Made by a program: the position numbers and the translations under genes. The notes beneath the pieces are model-generated. The model saw only the letters and a list, made by a program, of their open reading frames with translations, was not told the origin of the DNA and ran no database searches. This document shows positions 1 to 14,292 of a stretch of 64,000 bases of DNA, piece after piece. The DNA is from Octopus sinensis (taxonomy: Eukaryota), in NCBI RefSeq assembly GCF_006345805.1, contig NC_043005.1, positions 96,038,001 to 96,102,000 on the forward strand, in the 5' to 3' direction. Every line of letters begins with the position of its first letter. Positions within the stretch are counted from its first letter, which is position 1.

Positions 1-228
1 TGGACGCTCAGGAAAGGAAAGAAAGAAGGAGGATATAACGTTTCGAGCGGAGCTCTTTGTCAGAAACAGGAAAAGGAAAGATCCAAGGAAGGGAAAACAG
101 AGGAAAAAATCGCCTATATATTCAAAATGTGACCGCGTGTGTACCGTTGGCGATTTTTTCCTCTGTTTTCCCTTCCTTGGATCTTTCCTTTTCCTATGTT
201 TCTGACAAAGAGCTCCGCTCGAAACTTT
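1..228. mobile_element. Penelope-like pLTR remnant forming an inverted repeat (arms 40-114 / 149-225) with degenerate hammerhead core
   Basis: Arms are reverse complements apart from a 2-nt indel. Both carry CTGACAAAGAGCTCCGCTCGAAAC (CUGANGA mutated to CUGACAA; stem II GAGC/GCUC). Confidence 0.6.
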
Positions 229-1216
229 AAATATATCATCATCATCGTTTAATGTTCATTGATGATGATGATATATATCATCAGCATCATCATTTAACAT
301 CCCTTGTCCATACTGGCAAGCTAGAGAGGTGCACTAGGCTCCAGTCTGATTTGAGATGGTTTCTATTGCTGGATGCCCTTCCTAATGCCAACCACTTTAC
401 AGAGTGCTCCACTGGGTGCTTTTATGTGGCACCACATAAGTGCTTCAATGTGGCACTGGCACGAGTGCATTTTACATGGCACCAGCACAGGACTCTTTTA
501 TGCCAATCCTCTTCACCATCAGGGTGACTGGCCTTAACACTTCTGCTGCAGTGGAGTACAGGGTCTTCTTGAGTACAGCAAGGTGCTAGTCATCTCAGTC
601 TTCCTGGGTCTTCTACTTCAACATGTTCCATCAACTTTGAGAGATCAGCACTTATTTATGCAGCTGTTGGCATCAATCTGCATCACATGACCAAACCAGT
701 GCAGTCTTCTCTCTCGCACATAGCATCTAATTCTTCTTAAGCCTAACTTCTCTCTCAGTACACTCACACTGTCGAACAGGTACACTTACATTACATATCC
801 ATGGAGCATACTAGCCTCATTTGTCTCTGATGTCCTCCCTCCTCTCTCTTGAAATAAATTATCTGTTAAAGAAAGTAATCAAATATTTATATATATTGGT
901 TGTGTGGTAAGAAGCCTGTTTCCCAACCACATAGTTCCGGGTTCAGGCCCACAGCGTGGCATCTTGAGTAAGTGTCTTCTACTATAGCCTCAAGCCAACC
1001 AAAGTCTTGTGAGTGGATCATCATATGTATATGCCGCTAGGCAGAATAATGTTTTTGCTTCTCGCTAACCTCCGCCAAACTTCCTTGCCAACCTCCAACA
1101 ATCTCTCTCTCCTCCAGCTGGAAGTTTTTTGTACTAAGGTGTTTCAATACAACAGAGTTACCCACGGATATTTCTCAGTCTTTACACCAGCTAGTGTATA
1201 CATACATATATATATA

Positions 1217-1262
<46 letters not shown>

Positions 1263-4085
1263 ATATGTGTGTATGTTTGTCTCCTCACCATCACTTGACA
1301 ACTGATATTGGTGTGTTTACAACCCCTGTAACTTAGCAGTTCAGCAAAAGAGACCGATAGAATAAGTACTAAGCTTACAAAGAGTAAGTCTTGGGGTCGA
1401 TTTGTTTGACTAAAGGTGGTGCTCCAGCATGGCCAAAAATAAAAGAGTATATAAATATAATTAAATATATATATAAAATTAAAACAGGCTAAGTTTCATG
1501 AGGGTGAATGCTAAATATTACCACTATATAAAAACTGTTGCTAAATTTGATAAAACCCCCAAGGATTAAAATCTACACTGAAATAAATTGTAAGCTGGTA
1601 ATGTAATGTTTCTTAATTTTACTAATACCATCCAATCCATTTCCACTAACTCTCAATGGTTTTGTAGCAGATCTTCTATATACAAGCTCAATATATTAGA
1701 CAAACTTCCCTTCAAACACTCCACCACCATTCTTACATAAGCTAGTGAGGAGACTTCAGCATAGCTGCATTGTCTTTGTTACATTATTGCTTTGATTAAG
1801 GCAGCAAGTGGGTAGAATCATTAGTACGCCAGGCAAAAGGCTAAGTGGCTTTTCATCTGTCCGTACATTCTATGTTCAAATTCTACTGAGGTCAACTTTG
1901 TTTTTCATCTTTTTGAGTGACAATAAAATAAGTACCAGTTGAGCACTGGGGTCAATGTAATTGATTTACCCACCTCCTCAGTATGATTTTAAATTACATC
2001 TGACAGCAGGGCCCTGGTTTAGGGGCCCCAGGTCTTTGAGGAGTGTGAAACTACCTCCTAGCAACTATTGTTCCCAGTTTCACTCTGACCCAGAGTGGTA
2101 GCACATGTAAGGGTTCCAGTTATGAGTTAATTAGCAAGGCTTTGGTCGGCCCGAGGCTATAGCAGAAGACACTTGCCCAAGATGCCACGCAGTGGGACTG
2201 AACCCAGAACCATGTGGTTGGTTAGCAAGCTACTTACCACACAGCCACTCCTGCGCCAATACATAATTTTTTTATATAATAAAGTTCCCTAAGCATTTTC
2301 ATCTTCTCATTTTTTCAATATAGAGATTATATGGACTGATATAACATAAGGAAGGTGGAGGTTTTAGTGTTCAGGGAAGGCATGTGTAGGTTGGGCAGTT
2401 TTTCTGATAATGGAAATGTCAGTCCCTTCATGTTTTTTTTTTTTTTTAGTTTACTTCATGTTTTTTTTTATATTTAGTATGAATTGTTCTTGTTATTTGG
2501 TCGAATGTGTGTGTGTGTGTGTGTTTCTATATATAAGTGCAAGTGTGGATGTATGATAAAAAGTTTGTTTTCCAACTACATAGCTTCAGGTTTGGTCCCA
2601 CTATGTGTAACCTTGGACAAGTGTCTTTTATTATAGTCCCAGGCTGACCAAAACCTTGTTAGTAGATTTGGAAGATGGAAACTAAAAGAAGTCCATCAAA
2701 TAGATATATATATAAACACACACACACACACACACACACACAAGTAAGCACATAGGTGCAATACAAGGTGGAAAAAACATTGCTCAAATACCAAATGAAT
2801 TAATTTGAATACAAGTTTTTCAGTGTTTATTATCATGACTGTCTGGTGGCCAGTTATATGAAACTTTGAGTAACAGTTTGTGAAGTCTTTTCAGCTTTAA
2901 CAAAACAGTATATGTGTGTGTGTGTAAGTGTGTGCATCTTTGTATTTGTGTTTGTTCACCACCACCTGACAACTGGTGTTGGTTTGTTTACATCCCCATA
3001 ACATCAGCAGTTCAGCAAAAAGAGACCAATAGAATAAGTGCAAGACTAAGAAAAAAATAATAAGTAATGGGGTAGATTTGCTTGAGTAAAACATTTCAAG
3101 GTGATATCCCAGCATGGCTGGAGGCTAATGACTGAAAGAAATAAAAGATAAGAGAGTTTAGTCAGAAGAGAGGGCTGTGCCCATAACCCTGCACAGAGTC
3201 TTTGAAACCAGAGGGTCAGAAAGAAGGTATTTTTAAACTGGAGACCTCGATCAAATGTATGTAGCATAATGAACTCCACTTAAGGCACCCTACTGCCAGG
3301 AAGTGGTGCCAAAACAAATGATGGATTAAGTCTACTACCCTAATAGACCACAGTGGGATATGAACTCAGAATGCAAAGGGAAGAATGAATATCTTACCCT
3401 CACCCCACCCAATGCTCTAATGATTCCGGTCCACTGCTCTTGACTTGTATCTTATCTGTTGACCCTGAAAGGATGAAAGGTAAAGTTAACCTCAGTAGGA
3501 ATTGAACTCAGAAGGCAAAATGTTGGAATAAATACGACAAGCCATTTCATCTGATGCTCTTCTAAAGCTTCTGCTAATTCCCTGCCTCTCTGTGTGTGTG
3601 TGTGTGTGTGTGTGTGCACGCTCGTGCACATGTGTTTGTATGTGTGTGTGTATGGTGTGTGTGTGTGTCTGTGTGTGTGCGCGTATATGAGTATGTGTGT
3701 TTACTCAGTGATAAGGTAGGTATGTAGTTATCTTGAAGCAAATTCTGACATGTTTTTCTTTGAAATCATATTTGAAATATTTCCATTCCATCGTAAGGAA
3801 ACTATTCCAAATCTAATTTTAAGGAAAAACATTTAGAATTGTTTTTCAATGAACACACATATGCATGCACATACATATATACACATATAAGCACACACAC
3901 ACACACATTCATACATCAATATATCCACAACAAAAACCAAATTAGTGTAGGAGGAAAATATCAAGATTATTTACCTGTCAGATAAAATACCTTGTGCAAT
4001 TTTACATTTTGAGTTCAAAAGGCAACTTTACTCTCCATTTTGTATCACATCTAAATTAACTATGACTTAACCATCCTCTCCCACC

Positions 4086-4137
4086 GTCTCCGATGAAGGG
4101 ATATTATTAATATATATCCTGGAAACAGCTGTAAGAC
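4086..4137 (+). ncRNA. Minimal type I hammerhead-like motif (Penelope pLTR type), solo
   Basis: GTCT-CCGATGA-A-GGGATAT...ATATCCT-G-GAAAC-AGCT-GTA|AGAC. Stem I GUCU/AGAC and palindromic stem III; core variant CCGAUGA, and the base of stem II is irregular. Confidence 0.55.
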
Positions 4138-4449
4138 ATTCTACCTATAAATGCTCTAATATCTATACAGCCTTGGTTTACAGCCTTGGCTTTTTTATCT
4201 CATTACGTAAAAAATTCTTATACACACATGCTGACATACAACCATCGTTGAACCCCTTATTTGCAAAATTACCAAATCTGGAACTTAACTATGGTCTGTC
4301 TATAGCACTTATTCAGCATTACCTGACACCTTTGGGTCTCAATGACACCATTATCTCATATATATATACATATATATTATATATGTATATGTACATATAT
4401 ATATGCATATACATTCGTATGTTTATACATGTATGTATGTATGTATGTA

Positions 4450-4493
<44 letters not shown>

Positions 4494-4846
4494 TTTTGGG
4501 AATGGTTTAAGTCAAAAATAAAGCTATAAAGAATATAAATAATAGCATGTAAATTCTATTGTTTGACTAAATTTTCACATTAAACACATGAAACTATTTA
4601 AGCTACACAGATGTTTATTTTGTAATCTAAATTTGTAATTTTAATTCTGTTAATTGCTTATGTCAATACATAAACATGTGATATAAAGGAATTATGATTC
4701 ACAAGTAACATTAATACAAAAGAGAACAAACTATTACGAAGTTTTTTGTATGTTGGAAGATAATAAGATCTCTGAGTTAGTGATGTTATTAGTAAGGTAG
4801 TAGGTGACATCAATCCAAGTGATACCACTGCATCAACCCTCTACAA

Positions 4847-5187
4847 CAGTGGTTCTCAAATGGAATCCATATGGCTCCCAAGGGTCCATATAAGATTTTG
4901 GGGATGCCCATGCAAGGAAAAGAGTAAACTGGGGATAGTATTTTAAGGGCCCTTTAAAAAAATTTACTTTCAATGTATGTTTTGGTATGTACCGCAAGAA
5001 ACAGTTGTTTTCTCTAACATTTTACATAATACAACCTACACAAGTTAACATGAGAAAAAACAAAACAGGAATTTTAAAAGAGGATTCTATAGAATTAGTT
5101 TTTAAACATCAAATGACTATGGGAGGTCCACCCGAATAAAATAGTAATCAAAGAAATCCATAGATAAAAAATGGCTGAGAATAACTG
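4847..5187. mobile_element. hAT (Charlie-like) MITE
   Basis: Termini CAGTGGTTCTCA / TGAGAATAACTG; imperfect 8-bp TSD ctctacaa / ctctaaga. Confidence 0.6.
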
Positions 5188-8100
5188 CTCTAAGATTTTC
5201 TTCCCTGCACAAGTTTTCCTTACAGCTGCTCAAGATTAATTGTGTTAATCTAACAGGTTTTGAAAGGTCCTGTGAACGGCAGGGGTGTAAATAATTCTTG
5301 ATTACACTTATTAAGAAAAAATAATCTTTACTAACTGATAGAAATATAATTTTTGGTTTCTCTTGAATAACATTTTTATGGTTATTGTTTCATCATCATC
5401 ATCATCATTATCATTATTATTATTATTATTCAGGCAGTGAGCTGGCAGAATTGTTACCATTCCAGACAAAATGCTAAGCAGTATTTCTTCTGGGTTTTTG
5501 TTCTGAACTCAAATGCTACCAATGACAACTTCACATTTCATCATTTTATAGCTGATAAAATAAGTACCAGTTGATTACTAGAGTCAATGTAGTTAATTAG
5601 CAGACTCCCACACAGAATTTCAGGCCTTGTGCCTATGGTAGAAATGGTTGTTGTTGTTGTTTGAGTTCAAATTCCATTGAAGTTGACTTTGCTTTTCATC
5701 TTTTTGGAGTCAATAAATTTGGTACCAGCGAAACACTGGGGTTGATGTAATCGACTAGTCCCCTCCCACCCAATTTCAGGCCCCTAGTAGAAAGGATTAT
5801 TATTATTATTATTATTATTATTGTTAAAGCAGGACTGACAGAATTGCTAGCAAATCAGACAAAATGCTTTATGGCATTTCTTCTTACACATTAGATTCTG
5901 AATTCAAATTCTGCAAAATAAGAACTACTTAGAAACTAATCAACGATGTAATCAACTTATTCCCACCACTAAAAGTTGCTAGCTTTGTGTCATAATTAGA
6001 AAGAATAATTAGTTTTGTTTAAATCCTAAACAAATATTTAACAAAATGGCATTACCAATGAAAAACAAGGTAACTTTTTCCAGCTGTATTCTGTATAAGC
6101 CGTGATGATTTAAAATGATTTAGCGTCAGTTTATAGAGACAATAACCTCAGTTTGCTGCAATTCAGGCTTGGAGGAAATAACACGCCATTATTCTGGACA
6201 GAAATAATATTTAATGAATAAATTAATACAACATAGAATGGGGATTAGTTCAGAGGACACTTCCCTTTCTTAGCAAATATTATGCCGATATGTTTCATTC
6301 ATTAGAATAAAATGTTTACTTTGCTTTCATATTCCTTGTTTCTGTTTAGAATGAAATAGCCAAGTAGTTAAAGTACCTTGGTTGTATTTCTGAGAGAGAC
6401 ACTTCTGTCAGTTCACCTTGTTGATGATTATATAAGATGTGTCTGGCTTTTCCAGAGAAGTTACACACCCAAGATAGACTTGAATCCTATCCAAAAGGAA
6501 ATCTGTTTCTCATCTATTGAACTCTACAGAAAAGGGATTTTATCAATCACTATTTGTTGATCTTCTAATATAAGGGATATAAAAGGATACAACATTAACA
6601 ACAATTGTTATAAATATAAACACAGCAATGGACATACGTACATACATACACACGCACGCACGCACACATACATACATAGGAACACATGGCTGTGTTTGTG
6701 TGTGTATAACTGGCTACTGTACAGTTTCTCTCTACTAAATTCCAATCACACCGTATTGGTCAAGCTGAGGCTATAGGACAAGATAACTGCCTAATAATGC
6801 TGAGCAGCTCCTATGGATCTTTTAAGGTTGACGAAACTTGTGTTTTCATCGTTGTCATAGGTGGAAGCATTAATTTACCTTGTGTCTTTGCAGTTGGTGT
6901 AAGTTCTCTTAGTCCAGAAGAGTAGAAAGGTCAGTAAGAACACTTTTAAGTTGGCAACTTGTCCTTCAAGTATGTTACCCAACCAAACTATGGTAGTCTT
7001 AAAGAATTCAGAATTTAAAATGTACAAGCCATAACGTGCAGGGTTGTAGTTTATGGCTATCATTTGGAAATTTTATGCAGTGTTTTTAAAAATTAGTGCC
7101 AACCACACCTGTAATAACCACGGCTATAGTCCTTTCCTCCAGACCAACTATTAAAAAAAGGTTAATCTGAAATAGTTCATATCAATATTAAGATAATTTG
7201 AACTTAGCACTACATATTAAATTATACAGCATTATATAGCTGCAGCTACCAAAGGGATTGTACAGTAAAATCATTTCACCCTTTAGTTGGCTATCCAATG
7301 TTCCATCTGCAAAATCGCGAGTTGTGATTGCTAGTTTCAAGCTTTGCATGAACTGACTTTTATTATCTGTTAAATTATTCAAGTCTTTTTAAGATCTCAG
7401 TATGTACAGGTTGAAGAAAACTGTGGAAGAAATATGGTAACTTGATACAAAAGTATAATTTAAGTTAATGTAACCAATTAAGCTTCATATGAAGTGAAAA
7501 GAAATTCATGAAAGATAGCAGTTGAAAACATCATTTATAATGAGCCAATGAGATAATTCTACAAAGATGCTAAGCCTGGTGGAAATAATAGTCAAATCAC
7601 CCTCAAAGTACACCTTCATCATCATCATCATCATCATTTAACGTCCGTTTTCCCTGCTAACATGGGTTAAACGGTTCGACCTGGGTCTGGTAAGCCATGG
7701 AGGCTGGACCAGGCTCCAATCGTAAGAATTCAAGGAAGAACAAAAGGGCATGTGTGCATATTTGATATATCTGCTTAAAGGTTGCCAATGTCAATAACTC
7801 CACTTTCACTTTGTGATCATAAAACGAAAGAATTTAAACATCTAAAACCTATATAGTCATGTATTTATGTGTTAAATATTTCACAAACTTTGTGCGGAAA
7901 GCAACTCAAAAACATATATTCCCTAGTTCATAGACTGTATGATATGGACATAGAACTGATTACTCAAATATATCATTTTAAGGTTTCTTGTTGGAGTTCG
8001 TTTAATTTTGATTGGTATAAATATTAAGAAGTAACATCTTTTAAGTCGTGTGGAAATTCCTACAGGGTAAGCTAATTAGCAAATTAATCCTAATTCCACA

Positions 8101-8859
8101 AATAATTGTGAGAACTTAACCAGTTAGGTAACGAACTGCTGCCAAAGTATGTAAATAAGCTTAATTTGCAGAAACTGCAACACATTTTCTACATAGCTTA
8201 TCGACTTTACAGAATAATTAACGAAACAACCAAACTTTAAGGGCATAACTACAACTTCATGTTTCTTCCCACCAACACTTTTGTCTTTTCATATCTTCCT
8301 TAATAATGAACATGATATGAAATTTGACAGGGATATGTTCCAAGTTACCATTCGGTAATAAGGGTTTCAAATTTCGGCACATGGACAGCAATTTTGAGGG
8401 AGGAGGTAAGCTGATTACAATGACTTTAGTGCTCAACTAATACTTTATTGATCTCAAAAAGAAGAAAGGCAAAGTGGACTTCAGCGAAATTTGAACTCAG
8501 AACTTAGAGCTGAAAGAAATACTTCTTAGGCATTTTGTCCAACGTGCTAATGATTCTTGTACCTCGCTGCCATATTCAATAATAATACTTTCAGTTTGTA
8601 TTGTATCATGCTGATAATTAATATCATTCAGGTTACTCTTTACTCTTTTACTCTTTCACTTGTTTCAGTCATTTGACTGCGGCCATGCTGGAGCACCGCC
8701 TTTAGTCAAACAAATCGACCCCGGACTTATTCTTTGTAAGCCTAGTACTTATTCTATCGGTCTCTTTTGCCGAACTGCTAAGTTACGGGGACGTAAACAC
8801 ACCAGCATCGGTTGTCAAGCGATGTTGGGGGGGACAAACACAGGCACACACACATCTCT

Positions 8860-9515
8860 CTCTCATTTTTACTTTCTCTCTATTCATCTTCTCTTTCCTC
8901 TGATCCTTTGGTCTAGTCTTCCACTACCCTCCTATTTCTTTGTCTCGCTCTGCACTCACAGGTCATTCTTCAACACCCATCCCTTCTCCTCTCTGATTCC
9001 TTCTTTCTCTCTCTTCTCTCTCTTTGTTGCGTTTTGTCCCCCTTTTCTCTCTCTCTCTTCTCTGTCACGTGACTGTTGGCCGAAATCTGCCTTTCAGCTC
9101 CTGACCCTCGTCGTGTTAACATCGTTGTTCTTCGTCCGCCGCTATAAAGGCTTTTTCCAATGCGCCAGAGAAAAAATTTGTTTGCTTGTTATCAGTCGTA
9201 AGACACTTGTTGTTCTCACCGTTAATGCTTCTGTATTTCATGTTTCTGTATTCCATTTTTGTTTTTTCTATATCTGTCCCTTTTGCTGTCCTGGTGTTCG
9301 TATGCATTCGATCCTTCTTCCAGGAAATCTACGCTTCCAGCTTAGTTTTTCTTGGAGGGCTGGCCGTGATCTAGTAATCTCAAGATTAATCAGCCGAAAT
9401 TACTACGATGATCCGGTTCTTGACTGAAGACTGAGGGGTTCGAATGTCCTGTCCATGTTTATTGTATCGTCTTCTATGAGTTATACGTTCTTGTCCATGT
9501 TGTATTTTTCTACAT
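8860..9515 (+). mobile_element. Probable Penelope-like 3' UTR/pLTR fragment inserted into a SINE microsatellite
   Basis: CT-rich tract followed by a degenerate CTGAAGA...CGAA motif at 9424-9445; interrupts the SINE at 8634-9748. Confidence 0.45.
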
Positions 9516-10942
9516 ACCTTTACATATATATATATATACATATGTACGACAGGCTTCTTTCAGTCTCCGTCTACCAAATCCACTCACAAGGCTTCTTTCA
9601 GTTTCCGTCTACCAAATCCACTCAAAAGGCTTTGGTCGGTCCGAGGCAATAGTAGAAGACACTTGTCCAAGGTGCCACACAGTGGGACTGAACCCGGAAC
9701 CATGTCGTTGGTAAGCAAGCTACTTACCACACAGCCACTCCTACGCCTGATTTTTTTTCTTTATTTTAGTTGTGTTGCATGGTGATCATGAGTTAGATAA
9801 TGGGTAATTAAAAAGTTTTTTTTTTTTTTTTGCTGAGCGAAAAAGAAAAAAAAAACTTTTCCTTAACATAATCGTCATCAATATATTCGAAAACGGCTGT
9901 GAAAAATTTCGTTTGAAAATGTCCACGTTTTCTCTTCTTTACAATGACTAAAGTTAAACTTCTGACGAGAAGTTAGAAAACTTTGGAGGTAATGTAGTTT
10001 GGTTCCGTCCCCGTATTATGTACGACCGAATTTCTCGTTCAGTTTTGTGTGCTAGCATCACGTTAAATATTCTAAAACGTCTCTCAGCAATGCGTTAGAT
10101 ATCTTTACTGCTAATGACAGTTTAGTAATTGAAACTATTACCAATTAATAAGTTCGCACGAGCCAAACGAAGGTGCTTTTAAGTGATCACTCGCCCAACG
10201 AGAAATAGCAGCCAAGTCTAAATCAAATTACGCGCTTACTATCTTAAAGAAGGAAAGAGACGTTGGATAATGATGTAGTTCCAAATCTACTAAATACCCT
10301 GGAACATATTCGATTATGGGGCTACTCGATCAGAGTTGATTTGGGGTTTAAACAATACTACCAACAAATAAATTAACTTGAAATAACCCTCACAACGGCG
10401 ATTTGATTTATCTGCATCTACCTAATTATTTTCAAACCAATGTGTGATGTGCCTGTTTTTTGTCAAAGGAATTAACGACATAAGTTAATTTGGTTACAAT
10501 TTATAAATGAAACTAAATTTTCAAGCTCATCCCTCTGAATGCTTCAACCTTTTCGAAACGATCGAATTGATGTTTCATGATGCTCGTTCCATAATAAAAT
10601 AGGAATAAATATAAACATGACTTCAGTCTAACTGTAAATTATGAAAAATAGCCTTGTTTGGGTGTCACAGACGGTTTGAGAACAAGATAGGTTGACACGA
10701 TAAACAATTCAAAACTATTCTAGATTTACTTGTAAGCTGATGTATGAGCACAATTCCGAGCTGAAAACTAATCCATTGTTAGAAATTATCCCAAAGGATG
10801 GATTAAATCTGAGCTTAGAAAGATTCTAGGAGCAATTAGAAGTTCCATAGAAAAAAAGAGATAACCTTTTTTGACGTAAAAATCAAAAAAAGTATCTCTC
10901 TCTCTAGATATATATATATATATATATATATTATATAATATA

Positions 10943-10998
<56 letters not shown>

Positions 10999-11429
10999 GT
11001 ACCTATATAGGTAAATAGGTAAATAAATATAGGTATATATAAATAGTACCTAGACACACACACACATACACGTTTATGTATTTGTTTTGCAAGATTCTTG
11101 GTATTATTTTTATATTTCGGTCATTTTTTTTTCCAAATAAACACACACACTAGTTAGATTGGGCAAAAAAAGATGACCATCCGAAACATAACTATGTGTG
11201 TGTGCGTGTAACAGTTATTAGTGATGGATTATCAATCCGGGCAAAATACTTTATAAGCTCTCTATTAATACACCAGGCTAACAATACTGTTTAGATTAGC
11301 AAAGAACTCCGCGTATTCTTGTGGCAGGCTCCGAGGTTATAAGTTCATCACTGTTCTATATTGTAAATCCGTGATTGTGCTCCAGCTATACTGGTTATAT
11401 ATTACTGCCCAGAAGGTGTGTGTAAAAAC

Positions 11430-11525
<96 letters not shown>

Positions 11526-14261
11526 TACATACATACACACACACACATACTTACATACATACATACATATATACATACATACATACATACATACACAGTG
11601 GCCTAAAGATAATACGATAGATAGATAGTTTGGGTAAATAAATATATTGATTGGTTAAGGCGAGCGACAGACACCTCTTGTTCGCAGCATCCTTATATTC
11701 CATCCATTAAAAAAATTACTCAACAAGCCTAACAGCTTCTTAAAGAAATCTTGAGAAGTATTGACTGGAATATGGCACATGCGTATCCAAAGACCATGTC
11801 TTCGGCAATGCGACAGGGTTTACAATAAACGTGTGGACATGCGTTCATGTGAATGTATGTCTATGCAGTCTGTTAAATCTAAGGTATGGATTTACATAAC
11901 TGATATATAGACAACGATCTTGCTACCACATCAAATGACTGCAATATTTCAGAAGTCAACGAAAGCGCCTCGTTCAGTCTGTTTGAAATAGCAACCAAAT
12001 TACTCTCAAAACACGCAAAAGAAATAATGTCTGATTATGTACTCTGGATACATTAAGCTTAACAAGTATATGGAATGGTCGAGGCTGGAATGCTTTCGAA
12101 TATAAGTCTTGCTGGATCAGACAGAGCTGGTCCGCGTTAAACAACATCAGAAATGCCATAACATCAGGCAACAAGGCAGCCTGTGTATGGTTGCTCAGCC
12201 TACAAGAAACAGCAGCCAAATCTTCAAATCACACCCTACTGTCTTGTATAAGGTATATGGGACTTCATTAAGTAATGTAGTCCTTCATACCCCTAAAACG
12301 GGATATTCATGATTCTAATGCCTTTGATCCAAGGTCTGCGCAAGAAGACCCTGGTCTGGAGTTAGATAACAGCAATCATATATATATTTGAAAATACTAA
12401 TTTGGGACCGAAAAAGAACACAATATAGTTGATATTTTGTGAAAATAAATAATTATTCTACATCAGAATTGTAACTAAGCCTTTCTTTTTTCTACAACCA
12501 TCATTAAATATCGTTAATTACACCTTGCACAAAGTTGTATTGTTTGCGGGTGTTAATTAAGAGAAACAGATGCTGAATGAATTTGTGTTATTTAAAATAA
12601 CATTGGTGGTGGTGGTGTTGAGACAATAATGAAGAGAGGGCAACGGAATGGTAGAATCGTTAGAGCGTCAGAAATAAATACTTGGTAGTGTTTGTTCTGG
12701 CTTTTTACATTTTGAGTTCAAATTCCGTCGAAGATAGGGATGGTCATGTTTGTCTTTCATCCTTTCGAGGATGATAAAATAAAGTGCCAGTCAAGTACTG
12801 GAGTCGATGATATCGACTAGGTTCCTTTTCAAAATAGCTGGCCTGGTACCTAAATTAGAAACCATTTTTAGTATTATTTTCACTAATGATAATGAGAATT
12901 GTATTGATTTCTTATATTGACACTCGTTCATAGCGATGGTGGAGTTAATCGATTGAAGGACCCAATAACATGACTGGTGGTTTTGTTTGTTTGCAATCAG
13001 AGCTTCGATCCAGTTGTTTTCCCACTTTAGTTTATTATAACACCATACAATGAAAAACTTATTCAGAGGAATTATAGTAATTAATTATTGTTGTTATTGT
13101 TGGTGATGATCATCATGATGCTGTATTCTTTGCCATGATAATCTGTATCCAAAATAAATATTTTTTTTCTTTTTCTATAAGAATCAAGAGCCAATAAGAA
13201 ATGCCAGGTAGATCAACAATATGGCCGAGGGAAAATACCTCAGTGCCAGGTAGAGTCAGCCAGGATGCATGATGTCAACACAGCATCAACAATATCACCA
13301 CCAAATTCGACAACAACAGCTGCAACAATACCCACAACAGTAATACAAACACCTCTGCTATCATTAATATCTGCCAAACAAGGGAATCTCTTGTAGTCGC
13401 TAGGCTTGCGCGAAATACCAATCAAATCTCCCTCAAATCGTACCCTAGCATCTGAGAAAAAGAGACGTTGGATGGTCCAATGTTCCATGCACATAGGAAA
13501 ACGACGAGAAGATCACAAGTGGAATGTCTCAATCATAAGTCTGCTTGATCTGACTTGAGCTGTGGCTAAACGACAACAGAGATCCTCCGAGCCAACGAGG
13601 GAGCCTCTGCATAGACATTCAACCTGCTAGAAATAGCAGCCAAATCTTCCTCCAATCACACCTTACTATCTTAGAAAAGGACATGCAGTAAGAATGTGAG
13701 CTTGGGTTCCATGCATACATGAAAAAGACTAGACTGTCATGACTGGAATGTTTTTGATTATAGGTCTGCTTGATCAGAGCTGATATAGAGCTAATTAACA
13801 ACGTCCACAAAAGAAATATTTCCATAATTAATAAAAGATTGCTATCAATAAGAACATCATGAGTCTGGTTGAAGCAATGTTGACAATGGAACATTATCAA
13901 CATGAACTTAATCATAATCATCATAAATTAGATCTCAGAGGAAACAAACACATAATATATACAAGTGAGCAATTACAGAGATGTCCAGGAGCGAAACATT
14001 TGCGGAGAAGGGTTAAGAAGAGAAAAAAAACAAAAAATATTAAACTCACCCATCTGAAAAGAGTAGTTTTTATCCAACGTAACATGTTTCCGAAGAAGTC
14101 TTATTAATTAAAGACATTTATCTGTGTAACGTATATTGTTTTCTTTTGAAAATGTCGCAATTAGAACATATTAAATATTAAATTTCATCACAAAATTGTA
14201 TTATAAATCGAGTTATTGTCATGGAAGAATCATCGTCATGATACATGTGTGTGTGAGTGTG

Positions 14262-14292
<31 letters not shown>

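Noticed and set aside
6360-7430. Exon-like minus-strand segments (ORFs 6875-7063 and 7188-7382) with plausible splice signals
   Set aside because: Could not be joined into a stop-free, recognisable protein; needs RNA-seq or BLASTX.
8660-9427. 255-aa plus-strand ORF
   Set aside because: Runs across a SINE and a CT-rich repeat insert; low complexity, not a gene.
10836-11606. YIYI, CVCV and HTHT ORFs here and elsewhere in the window
   Set aside because: Translations of (TA)n, (TG)n and (CATA)n microsatellites.
13182-13494. Possible plus-strand terminal exon (SRANKKCQVDQQ...GNLL*) and the Val-rich minus-strand ORF 13240-13494
   Set aside because: Low-complexity CAA-rich sequence, no upstream exons found, no recognisable homology.
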